Of a stretch of DNA of 64,000 nt, positions 1 through 7,101 are shown one piece after another (positions within the stretch are counted from its first letter, which is position 1; the number at the start of each line of letters is the position of its first letter). Origin of the DNA: Patescibacteria group bacterium. Its GTDB lineage: Bacteria > Patescibacteriota > Patescibacteriia > SG8-24 > DYFX01. The DNA lies in assembly GCA_038062835.1 (NCBI GenBank), contig JBBTWH010000001.1:42982-106981 (forward strand). Reading direction: 5' to 3'. The translations under genes and the position numbers were made by a program. Under the pieces are notes generated by a model that was not told the origin of the DNA, did not search any database, and saw nothing but the letters and a program-made list of their open reading frames with translations.

Positions 1-357
1 TCGTCGGAGTGGTACAACCGCATCATCGACACCGCGGACGTAGAGGCCGACTGGGATTGGACCCGGCCGCTCCGTCGCAAGGACAAGATCAAGAGCCGTA
101 CTATCGTCATCGGGCTGAACGGCGCCGCCGATCCCGAGAACGATCCGCCCGTCCCAGGCGAGGGCAGCTGCGTGCTGTTCCATCTCGAACGCAAAGGCCG
201 TCCGACCGTAGGCTGCACTTCGCTCGCCGAATCCCGCCTCGACTCGCTCGTCGCGTGGCTCGTCCCGAAGTCGAAGCCGGTCTACATCCTGATGACGCGC
301 GCGCAGTACGAGGAGCTTGCGTCGCTCGATGACGCGGACCTGCCCGAGCTTCCGTAA
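1..357 (+). CDS. 3' end of hypothetical protein (partial, runs off window start)
   Basis: Frame 1 is open from nt 1 to a TAA at 355-357, and an intrinsic terminator hairpin follows. Confidence 0.4.
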   Translation, partial: SSEWYNRIIDTADVEADWDWTRPLRRKDKIKSRTIVIGLNGAADPENDPPVPGEGSCVLFHLERKGRPTVGCTSLAESRLDSLVAWLVPKSKPVYILMTRAQYEELASLDDADLPELP

Positions 358-364
358 ACGAAAC

Positions 365-394
365 GACCCCGACGTAACGTCGGGGCCGTTTTTT
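365..394 (+). terminator. rho-independent terminator (ccccgacg-taac-cgtcgggg + T6)
   Basis: A GC-rich inverted repeat followed by TTTTTT is seen in the sequence. Confidence 0.5.
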
Positions 395-431
395 CACTCG
401 CCACGTCGGACGCACCGCGTCCTTTACGTGG

Positions 432-1109
432 TTACTTCTTTTTCTTGGCGGCGGCCTTCTTGGCCGGAGCCTTGGAGGCTTTCGCGGGCTTCTCGGCGAC
501 CACGGCCTTTTCGGCCTTCGGAGCGGCGGCCTTCTCGGCCTTCACCGGTTCCGCGGCGGACGTCTTCGCCGGAGCGGAGAGGTTCATCGCCTTGATGATC
601 ATGTCGAGCTTCGCGTTGATGGCGGCGAACTGCTCCTTGGAGCGGTCCTCGGCCGGGGCCGCGCGCTTGAACTCCTTATAGTCCGTCGCGCCGGCTTTCT
701 CGTTGCCGAAGCAGGCACGGCAGTACACCGGCTTGCTGCCGTTCGGCTTGAACGGCACTTCGCAGCCGTTTCCGCACGAGGCGCACGTCGCCTTGAAGAG
801 CTGCTTCTCCTCGCGATCGAACCCGCGGTCATCGCGGCGCGGCGCGGAGTCGCGGTCGAAGCGCATCGGCGCGGACGACGTATCTCCGTCCTTCTTGAAG
901 CACTCGCGGCAGTAGATCGGCCGGCTGCCGTTCGGCTTGAACGGCACTTCGCAGCCGTTTCCGCAGGTGGCGCAGGTGGCCTGATGCATCTGCGGGCGGT
1001 CGAACCCGCGGTCGTCGCGGCGATTGAAGCTTCCGCCTCCGCCGAACTTGCGGTCATTGCCGCCCTTCCATCCGCCCCCCTGGGGTCGGGTACCATTAGA
1101 CTTGTACAT
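432..1109 (-). CDS. tandem-duplicated zinc-ribbon protein with Gly/Arg-rich N-terminus and Lys/Ala-rich histone-H1-like C-terminal tail
   Basis: ATG is preceded by AAGGAGG. Two roughly 45-aa repeats each carry a CxxC-(17)-CxxC element (CATCGNGCEVPFKPNGSRPIYCRECF). The C-terminus reads AEKAAAPKAEK...KKAAAKKKK. Confidence 0.7.
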   Translation of the reverse strand: MYKSNGTRPQGGGWKGGNDRKFGGGGSFNRRDDRGFDRPQMHQATCATCGNGCEVPFKPNGSRPIYCRECFKKDGDTSSAPMRFDRDSAPRRDDRGFDREEKQLFKATCASCGNGCEVPFKPNGSKPVYCRACFGNEKAGATDYKEFKRAAPAEDRSKEQFAAINAKLDMIIKAMNLSAPAKTSAAEPVKAEKAAAPKAEKAVVAEKPAKASKAPAKKAAAKKKK

Positions 1110-1147
1110 TTTTTCCTTTATTTTGCCTCCTTATTGAAGACATCGCA

Positions 1148-1192
1148 GTATAGCCCAAATCCGGGAAAAATGCAAGGGGGCTATGGTAGAAT
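1148..1192. promoter_or_regulatory. divergent promoter region, with TATACT (-10) for the minus-strand gene and TGgTAGAAT extended -10 for the plus-strand gene
   Basis: The minus strand reads ggGCTATACTgcg and the plus strand reads ctaTGgTAGAATcg. Both lie upstream of SD-bearing starts. Confidence 0.35.
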
Positions 1193-1215
1193 CGGGACAG
1201 ACGCCCTTTCCAAGG

Positions 1216-1569
1216 AGGAACGCCATGGATGAGCCTCAGACGCCCATCACCCTGACCGATGCGGCGGCCGCGAAACTCATCGAGTTCCGCGACGCGGATG
1301 AGAAGACGCGCGGCAAGCCGCTCCGCCTCGCCGTCCAAGGCGGCGGGTGCGCCGGCTTCAACCAGGTGCTCTACTTCGACGATCCAAAGCCGGACATCGA
1401 CCAGGTCTTCGACATCAAGGGCCTCACCGTCCTCGTCGATTCGATGAGCCTGATGTACCTCGCGGGCACCGAGCTCGACTACGTCGACGGCCTGAACGGC
1501 ACTGGCTTCACGTTCAACAACCCGAACGTGAAGTCCACCTGCGGTTGCGGCAGCTCCTTCTCGCCATAG
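1216..1569 (+). CDS. HesB/IscA-family iron-sulfur cluster insertion protein (ErpA/SufA-like)
   Basis: GGAGG lies 7 nt upstream. The protein ends in CGCGSSF, with a conserved Cys in the LAVQGGGCAGF motif. It is about 117 aa. Confidence 0.8.
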   Translation, partial: RNAMDEPQTPITLTDAAAAKLIEFRDADEKTRGKPLRLAVQGGGCAGFNQVLYFDDPKPDIDQVFDIKGLTVLVDSMSLMYLAGTELDYVDGLNGTGFTFNNPNVKSTCGCGSSFSP

Positions 1570-1571
1570 CG

Positions 1572-1602
1572 AAACCGCCACCTTACCAGTGGCGGTCTTT
1601 TC
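1572..1602 (+). terminator. intrinsic terminator after the IscA-like gene
   Basis: accgccac-cttacca-gtggcggt followed by CTTTTC. Confidence 0.5.
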
Positions 1603-1610
1603 ATCTGCCG

Positions 1611-1646
1611 AAAAAGTATCAGATACCTTAGTATCTGATACTTTCG
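1611..1646. terminator. 14-bp perfect hairpin (aaagtatcagatac/gtatctgatacttt), bidirectional terminator between convergent genes
   Basis: Perfect inverted repeat with A-run and T-run flanks, between the erpA-like stop and the minus-strand gene stop. Confidence 0.45.
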
Positions 1647-1650
1647 TTTG

Positions 1651-2553
1651 TCATCGCTTTGCGCCCTTGCAGTCGGGGCAGTCCACCTCGCGCTTCGCCT
1701 TGTAGGTCTCCTCCTTCTTGCCGTGGCACATGCAGCAGGCGAACTGGCCGTTCTTGACGGCGTCGTTCGCCTCTCCCCAATCCCGTCCGGCTCCGATCTT
1801 CTTCGTTCCGCTGCCGCCGCAGAAATCGCACGGCGGCCAACCTTCGAGTTCTTGCTCGCTCTGCGGAGGATTGGGCATCGACATCTTCCCCGTGCCGCCG
1901 CAGTGATGGCAGGGGTCCGTCCCGCTGCCCTTGCAGTGCGTGCATTTGACGGTCGCCTCGTATTCCTGCTCGATCTTGCCGCTGCCGCCGCAGCGCGCGC
2001 ACGGCTTCTTTTCCTCCGCCTTCGTCCCGCCGCCGCAGCGGCCGCACTTCCCGCTCTTCTTTTCCCGCATCCGTTTCACCCACTCCCAAAGGCCGAGGAG
2101 GGCGAGCATCGTGCCGATGGTCCAGGCGGCTGTTTCGAGTATCGGCTGAAGCGAGTCCGGGGCGTATTCGGACGTCTCTTCAAGGAATTCCTGGGCGTTC
2201 TCGAGGGGGAACTCTTCCGGTTCCGCCGCCGCGCTCGCGTCAGGCATCGGGATGTTCGGCGTCGGCGGAGCCGAGGGTGCCGGGAAGGCCGACTGCTCGG
2301 ACGGCGCAGTCGCCGTGGACGTTTCCGGCTCCGCGGCCGTATCCGACGGTTCAGTCGCGCTGATGGCGGCCGGAGTCTCTGCGTTTTCCCTGCCGCAGCC
2401 CCAGTGGTCGCCGCCGGTCGGGATGCACATCACGCCGTACCCCGTCGGACATTCGAGCGCCGGCTTGGCCTGTTCGTCGCAATTAACGGCGGCGAAAGCC
2501 GTCCCCGGGAGGAGCGCGAGCGCGAAGGAAATCGAGACGAGGAATCTCTTCAT
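1651..2553 (-). CDS. membrane-anchored DnaJ-type (CxxCxGxG x6) zinc-finger protein without J domain
   Basis: Signal peptide MKRFLVSISFALALLPGTAFA, a Cys-rich ectodomain, a TM helix (WTIGTMLALLGLWEWV), then six CxxCxGxG repeats. TGaTATAAT lies 13 nt upstream of the ATG. Alternative start at 2565. Confidence 0.6.
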   Translation of the reverse strand: MKRFLVSISFALALLPGTAFAAVNCDEQAKPALECPTGYGVMCIPTGGDHWGCGRENAETPAAISATEPSDTAAEPETSTATAPSEQSAFPAPSAPPTPNIPMPDASAAAEPEEFPLENAQEFLEETSEYAPDSLQPILETAAWTIGTMLALLGLWEWVKRMREKKSGKCGRCGGGTKAEEKKPCARCGGSGKIEQEYEATVKCTHCKGSGTDPCHHCGGTGKMSMPNPPQSEQELEGWPPCDFCGGSGTKKIGAGRDWGEANDAVKNGQFACCMCHGKKEETYKAKREVDCPDCKGAKR

Positions 2554-2628
2554 ATCAGAGGTCATTATATCAATATCAGCCGTTTCTGCTATACTGGAGG
2601 TGTTTAACTATATAGCGATACGCGAGGT

Positions 2629-2781
2629 ATGGAGAACCAGCCCGTGACCGTAAAGACGAGGACGAGCATCTCGACCAGGACGAAAGTCATCGTGGCCCTG
2701 GCGCTCATCACCGGGGCGGTCATCGCCTACGCCGTAGTGGTGGCGCGCGTTCCAGGCCGATCGATATCGATTCCGGCGTAG
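2629..2781 (+). CDS. small single-TM protein, 'MENQP' paralog 1 (50 aa)
   Basis: MENQPVTVKTRTSISTRTKVIVALALITGAVIAYAVVVARVPGRSISIPA. This is one of three paralogous mini-ORFs with conserved upstream sequence (TGcTATACTGGAGGTG). Confidence 0.5.
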   Translation: MENQPVTVKTRTSISTRTKVIVALALITGAVIAYAVVVARVPGRSISIPA

Positions 2782-2832
2782 GACTGCCTTAGACGGGACT
2801 GTAAGTATCTAACCGAAGAATCACCGCAAGGT

Positions 2833-2997
2833 ATGGAGAACCAGCCCGTGGTCACGAAGACGAAAACGCGCGTCGCGACGCGAACGAAAGTCATCGTCGC
2901 TTTGGCGCTGCTCGCCGCGGCCGTCGTCGCCTACGCCGTCGCCAGCACGGTGAGCCTGAAAGCGCGACGCCCAGGAGATTGGAGCGTCCGCGGCTGA
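2833..2997 (+). CDS. small single-TM protein, 'MENQP' paralog 2 (54 aa)
   Basis: MENQPVVTKTKTRVATRTKVIVALALLAAAVVAYAVASTVSLKARRPGDWSVRG. The N-terminal 35 aa are conserved with paralogs 1 and 3. Confidence 0.5.
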   Translation: MENQPVVTKTKTRVATRTKVIVALALLAAAVVAYAVASTVSLKARRPGDWSVRG

Positions 2998-3056
2998 CGT
3001 CCGCGCTCCAAGAACGGAAAACCCGCCGGTGCTCGGCGGGTTTTCTTCGTTAGACT

Positions 3057-3383
3057 TCAGCCGCGCATCGCCAGGACGACGAAGAGCAGGACCGTGAAGG
3101 CCGCGAGCTGGCCGATGGTGCAGACGACCATCATGACGCCCTCGCGCTTCTTGCCGTCGATATAGAGCATGAGCGGCTTGCCGAAGATGAGCATGCACAT
3201 CGTCGCGGCGGACGTCACGAGCAGCAAAAGGAATCCGACGGGGGCGAGGGCGCTATCCGGCTTACCGTCCCCATCGCCGAAGATCCTCTCGATGTTCTGC
3301 ATGACCGTCCCCACGGCCGCGACATAGAGGATTGCGCCGGCGGAATAGGGCAGGCTTCGCTTGAAGGTCTTCATGTCGAGCAT
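3057..3383 (-). CDS. small integral membrane protein (3 predicted TM segments)
   Basis: 108-aa ORF with hydrophobic segments, lying between the MENQP paralogs. Confidence 0.45.
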   Translation of the reverse strand: MLDMKTFKRSLPYSAGAILYVAAVGTVMQNIERIFGDGDGKPDSALAPVGFLLLLVTSAATMCMLIFGKPLMLYIDGKKREGVMMVVCTIGQLAAFTVLLFVVLAMRG

Positions 3384-3413
3384 AGGTCTCGGTTATCGGT
3401 GAATCATGAGGGA

Positions 3414-3731
3414 CTATTTCTTCCGCTTTCCCGATCGCCTGGCGAGCACTCCTCTCACTGAAGGACTGATCGCCTTGTCCGCGCGATGGATGCAGCCGAT
3501 CCAGCAGCAAGGCCGGCGCTTCCCCTCCTTGAGCTGATCGACCATCCGCTCGATATGTTCCTTCCTCGTCTCGTCTTTCTTGACGAAGGTGACCCAGCAG
3601 ATCCACTCGTTACGTGCGAGTGGCGTCAGATCCTCCCAGACTCCCGCCGCCGCCCTATCGGAGACGAGAGCCTTTAGCATGTCCGAAGGCATCGTATGCG
3701 CGGAGCCGCTGGAGATCGTCTTTTTGGGCAT
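3414..3731 (-). CDS. YdeI/OmdA-family protein (bacteriocin-protection family)
   Basis: The C-terminal motif NEWICWVTFVKKDETRKEHIERMVDQLKEGKR matches the OmdA-domain consensus. Confidence 0.55.
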   Translation of the reverse strand: MPKKTISSGSAHTMPSDMLKALVSDRAAAGVWEDLTPLARNEWICWVTFVKKDETRKEHIERMVDQLKEGKRRPCCWIGCIHRADKAISPSVRGVLARRSGKRKK

Positions 3732-3830
3732 AAGTCGAATTTACATCACGGAAAGCGAGATGCGCAAAGTATACCAATTTCAACCTATTACGCTATACTG
3801 AAGGTGGCTAATCAAAGAATCATCGTCAGC

Positions 3831-3989
3831 ATGGAGAATCAGCCCTTCGCGGTAAAAACGAAGACGCGCATCTCGACCAAGACGAAGGTCGTCGTCGCCC
3901 TGGCGCTCATCACCGGGGCCGTCATCGCCTACGCCGTCGCGGTCGAGATCAAGGCGCGGCGACCCGGAGATTGGTCCATCAGCTCCTGA
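3831..3989 (+). CDS. small single-TM protein, 'MENQP' paralog 3 (52 aa)
   Basis: MENQPFAVKTKTRISTKTKVVVALALITGAVIAYAVAVEIKARRPGDWSISS. cgCTATACTGAAGGTG lies 31 nt upstream. Confidence 0.5.
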   Translation: MENQPFAVKTKTRISTKTKVVVALALITGAVIAYAVAVEIKARRPGDWSISS

Positions 3990-4023
3990 ACAGACCGTGC
4001 AGATACCGCGACGTATTCATCAC

Positions 4024-4071
4024 AAAAGCCAGCCATGGGAATGGCTGGCTTTTGATCAGACGCGTGGGTCG
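4024..4071 (+). repeat. repeated terminator-like element copy 1 (aaagccagcc-loop-ggctggcttttga + ACGCGTGGGTCG)
   Basis: A hairpin plus T-run, then a conserved 12-mer. A second copy lies at 6113-6160. Confidence 0.5.
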
Positions 4072-4167
4072 TCAGGTTTGACGGATCGACCGCTCCGATG
4101 TATCTTCTAGCCGCAGTCGGAACTATACGCACGACGGTCGGGGTACGTCCCCCGGTAAGGAGGATAC

Positions 4168-4515
4168 ATGAATCCTTGGGATAACCCGGAAAACTTTTTT
4201 CAGGGGGAATACCTTGGGCTTAAGCGCCGGTACTACGAGGGGCTCAACCTGCGGTTCGAGACGCCGCCGCCGGATGATCGCATGGAATACGGAGTCCGGT
4301 ACGTCATCGAGATCGGCTCTCGATTGCCGGTCGTGAAACCGGTGAATGGAATCGTCTACGCGGAATTCGTCCCTGTCCGATTCCGTGTCCGATTACATGG
4401 AACGTGTCCGAATGAATGGGTCGATGACTGTTATCATAAGGAGGGTCATCCTGAAACAGTCGGAGAATCAACCATCGACTTCCCGGTCAAGATGTTGCCG
4501 CCGCAGAAACGATGA
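4168..4515 (+). CDS. hypothetical protein (115 aa)
   Basis: AAGGAGGA lies 4 nt upstream of the ATG. Confidence 0.5.
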   Translation: MNPWDNPENFFQGEYLGLKRRYYEGLNLRFETPPPDDRMEYGVRYVIEIGSRLPVVKPVNGIVYAEFVPVRFRVRLHGTCPNEWVDDCYHKEGHPETVGESTIDFPVKMLPPQKR

Positions 4516-4547
4516 ATCCGCGCCCGCACCGCCACAAGGAGCAAAAC

Positions 4548-4826
4548 ATGGCAACGGATGGACCAACGCCCCCTGACTGCGACCAAGACATCTACGAGAA
4601 CGGTGAACATGTATTCACCACTGACACCATCCCACCGAACGCAATGGATGGTTGGGTGAAGAAGGTCGCCAAGCTCTCCGGTCAGCGCGTCGATTGGCAC
4701 TTCGTCGGAGGGCGCGCTGTGGTCCGCGCCCTCGGTGATATCACCAAGATCAAGAAGGCGATCGCGAAGCTCATGCCAGAGCACGACCGTCTGCACCTCG
4801 ATGCTTGCCGAAAAATACGGCCTTGA
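4548..4826 (+). CDS. hypothetical protein (92 aa)
   Basis: AAGGAG lies 7 nt upstream of ATG 4548. It overlaps the end of the upstream gene, so the two look translationally coupled. Confidence 0.4.
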   Translation: MATDGPTPPDCDQDIYENGEHVFTTDTIPPNAMDGWVKKVAKLSGQRVDWHFVGGRAVVRALGDITKIKKAIAKLMPEHDRLHLDACRKIRP

Positions 4827-4872
4827 GTCATAGAGTGTTGCCTCGCAACAACTCCTCGCGCACCCGCACGGT

Positions 4873-4918
4873 AAAGAGCACGCTCGCTCATGCCGTTCTG
4901 GTGCGCTCTTTGTTTTCG
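4873..4918 (+). terminator. intrinsic terminator (aaagagcacgc...ggtgcgctcttt + GTTTTCG)
   Basis: Inverted repeat followed by a T-run after the 4826 stop. Confidence 0.4.
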
Positions 4919-5107
4919 TCCGACCTGCTGCCATCCCTTAGTTCGGTACCTGGCACCTGTGGTAAGGACCAGGCGCGGTTCCAGGGAAAACACGATGCTG
5001 TGAATCGGTACCTGGTACCAAAGGGACAGGTATCCGCCGGTGCCGCCATCCTCATGGAGAAGGCGTTCCTCGCGCTGCTCGCGCGCACCGTGACTTCAGA
5101 CCGCACA

Positions 5108-5129
5108 CCGGCGACTTCGCCGGTTTTTT
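5108..5129 (+). terminator. intrinsic terminator (ccggcga-ctt-cgccgg + T6)
   Basis: Perfect 7-bp stem followed by TTTTTT. Confidence 0.5.
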
Positions 5130-5186
5130 CGATCGGACGTTCACGTCGCTTTTACGAAGGCGGCACATGAAGTATGATGATCGTCA

Positions 5187-5630
5187 ATGACGACTCACGC
5201 CATGAAACGCCAACGCCTAGTCTGGACGGATGATAAGAACACCGGGGTCCCTGAGATCGACGGACAGCACGAATCTTTTTATGGGATCGCCAACGCGCTC
5301 TCAGACTTCGCCGAACATCCGGTCATCGACAAGAACGGAGTCCGGCAGGCTTGGGAGAAACTGGTCGATCATATCTATAAACATTTCGAGGAGGAAGAGG
5401 GCCTGCTCAAGCGCCGAGGCTACCCGAAACTGAAGGAGCACCTCGCCGAGCACGACAAGTACAGGGAGCAGATCAAGAAGTTTTTCTTCAGGCTCCACAA
5501 CAGCACGACGAACCTGGACTCTCGCCAGCAAGCGGAGGCGATCGCAGATTTCGCGAACGAGTGGGCCGTGAAGCACACGCTCGCAGCGAAACAAGAGGCA
5601 ATCATCTTTCTCAAGAAGGATCGACAGTAG
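5187..5630 (+). CDS. hemerythrin-like metal-binding domain protein
   Basis: Has W..D....G...IDxQH and H..HFxxEE plus downstream His motifs typical of bacteriohemerythrin. Alternative start at ATG 5202. Confidence 0.65.
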   Translation: MTTHAMKRQRLVWTDDKNTGVPEIDGQHESFYGIANALSDFAEHPVIDKNGVRQAWEKLVDHIYKHFEEEEGLLKRRGYPKLKEHLAEHDKYREQIKKFFFRLHNSTTNLDSRQQAEAIADFANEWAVKHTLAAKQEAIIFLKKDRQ

Positions 5631-5640
5631 TGGTTCCGAT

Positions 5641-6099
5641 ATGGCACACCCCCAGACGACTCCACCCTTCGAGTTCTCAAAGATCAGCGAGAACGTATTT
5701 ATCGGCACAAATGCGTGCTGCCGTCTGCACTTCGACGAGACCCTGACCGCGCAGGGCGTCACTGCGGACATCTCGCTCGAAGGAGAGGCCATCGATCATC
5801 CGCAGGGCGTACGCACGTTCGTCTGGCTGCCAACGCCGGACCACGCCCCGCCATCGTATGAAAACGTCCTCGTAGGCATCGCGGCTCTCAAGCAGATGCT
5901 GAAGAATGGACAGAAGGTCTATATCCACTGCAAGAACGGCCATGGTCGCGCCCCCACCTTGTATGCCGCGTACCTCATCCTTGAGGGCAGCCTGTCACCA
6001 GAGGCAGCGGTTCAAGCCATCAAGAAACGCCGTTCGGTCATCCATCTCGAAGACGGTCAAACAGCGTTCCTTCAACGACTGTCTGCGCACAAAGCGTAG
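5641..6099 (+). CDS. dual-specificity (Tyr/Ser/Thr) protein phosphatase
   Basis: Carries the HCKNGHGRAP active-site signature (HCxxGxxR). It starts 11 nt after the hemerythrin stop. Confidence 0.7.
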   Translation: MAHPQTTPPFEFSKISENVFIGTNACCRLHFDETLTAQGVTADISLEGEAIDHPQGVRTFVWLPTPDHAPPSYENVLVGIAALKQMLKNGQKVYIHCKNGHGRAPTLYAAYLILEGSLSPEAAVQAIKKRRSVIHLEDGQTAFLQRLSAHKA

Positions 6100-6112
6100 C
6101 GTTATGAGACTT

Positions 6113-6160
6113 AAAAGCCAGCCAATTTCTTGGCTGGCTTTTGACCAAGCACGTGGGTCG
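6113..6160 (+). repeat. repeated terminator-like element copy 2
   Basis: aaaagccagcc-aatttctt-ggctggcttttga + ccaagCACGTGGGTCG, homologous to 4024-4071. Confidence 0.5.
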
Positions 6161-6278
6161 CCCCACACGCTTGCTCATGGCTCCGCGTCGTGGAGGACGT
6201 GAGAACTGCTATTATGCTGCACCCTGGACTGGTGTCTATCCCAGCCATGCGCTGACGGCCCCGGCTGGTGACACGACA

Positions 6279-6986
6279 TTAGACGATCTTTCGAAGCTCG
6301 TTCTTAAAATCCTCAACTGTCCACTCCATCATCTTTTTACCGTTTTCTTTAGTTATTACCCACCTGGGGTGATTATCGGCAATGCCGTCCGCACTAAAAT
6401 CTTTGAGGTGGTTGGTGCCGAATGGATTCTCAACGAAGAATTTCGGATAGTCATCAGGCGGGACGTCTGCCAACGACTCGTGTGAAGCGAGCATCATGGA
6501 AATCTCCACGTTACCGGCATGCGCATCGGTCGGTCCACCGATCATCCGACGCATTTTCTCTTCAGTCTCATCTGATCCTATCGGGAGGTGGACGATACGA
6601 ACATCGCCGAACACAGATGCATGGTCGACAACAAAGGCATCGAGCAGCGCAAGATTCCCTCCATGGAATGAGGCAAATGCGATTGTCTTGGCGTATGGCT
6701 TTAGGGAGTTGCAGATGTCGCTTAAGACACGGTTCATCGTTTCTGCGGTTACCCAAACTGTCCCCGGAAAACCCTCATGCTCCTCTGAGCAGGTAATGCG
6801 GAGTGTCGGCAAGAAAATAACCTCTGGGTACGCGGCCTCAGCCTCCTCCATGATAGCGTCGGCAAGATACGAATCTGCTCCTAACGCAAGAAACGGTCCG
6901 TGTTGCTCCGTAGCCCCCATAGGAACAACGAATGCGTACTTTTTATTGAGATCCAGGTTTGTGGTCCGTAAGCGTTCGAGAAACAT
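6279..6986 (-). CDS. creatininase-family amidohydrolase (creatinine amidohydrolase / mycofactocin MftE-like)
   Basis: Has the GATEQHGPFL motif, with His/Asp/Glu metal ligands. The gene is about 50% GC, well below its roughly 68% GC neighbors. Confidence 0.7.
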   Translation of the reverse strand: MFLERLRTTNLDLNKKYAFVVPMGATEQHGPFLALGADSYLADAIMEEAEAAYPEVIFLPTLRITCSEEHEGFPGTVWVTAETMNRVLSDICNSLKPYAKTIAFASFHGGNLALLDAFVVDHASVFGDVRIVHLPIGSDETEEKMRRMIGGPTDAHAGNVEISMMLASHESLADVPPDDYPKFFVENPFGTNHLKDFSADGIADNHPRWVITKENGKKMMEWTVEDFKNELRKIV

Positions 6987-7030
6987 ATGGTGACAGTCTA
7001 TCAGTTCCCCTTCCCACCTGGGTATAGCAA

Positions 7031-7058
7031 AAATACCCAGAATTTACTGGGTATCTTT
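7031..7058 (-). terminator. terminator after tRNA-Asn (acccag-taaatt-ctgggt + ATTTTTGC on minus strand)
   Basis: A hairpin plus U-run sits immediately 3' of the tRNA CCA end. Confidence 0.45.
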
Positions 7059-7101
7059 GCTGGCTCCGAGGCTGGGATTCGAACCCAGGACCAATGGATT
7101 A

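Noticed and set aside
1648-2607. 319-aa plus-strand ORF (and many similar long ORFs, for example 8838-9755(-), 9834-10973(-), 12772-14619(+), 15711-16553(+), 17203-18246(+), 38114-39694(-), 45814-47718(+), 51599-53089(+), 52899-54416(+))
   Set aside because: These are antisense shadow ORFs typical of high-GC DNA. They are Arg/Ala/Gly-rich with no motifs. The opposite strand encodes proteins with clear family signatures.
4805-5170. 121-aa ORF 4805-5170(+) and 72-aa ORF 4888-5106(-)
   Set aside because: They span two intrinsic terminators, have no RBS and are compositionally atypical. They are more likely non-coding.
6176-6183. 8-mer TGGCTCCG identical to the tRNA-Asn 3' terminus as an att-site direct repeat bounding the low-GC creatininase islet
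   Set aside because: An 8-bp match is expected by chance about twice in 64 kb and no integrase is present. It is mentioned only as weak support.
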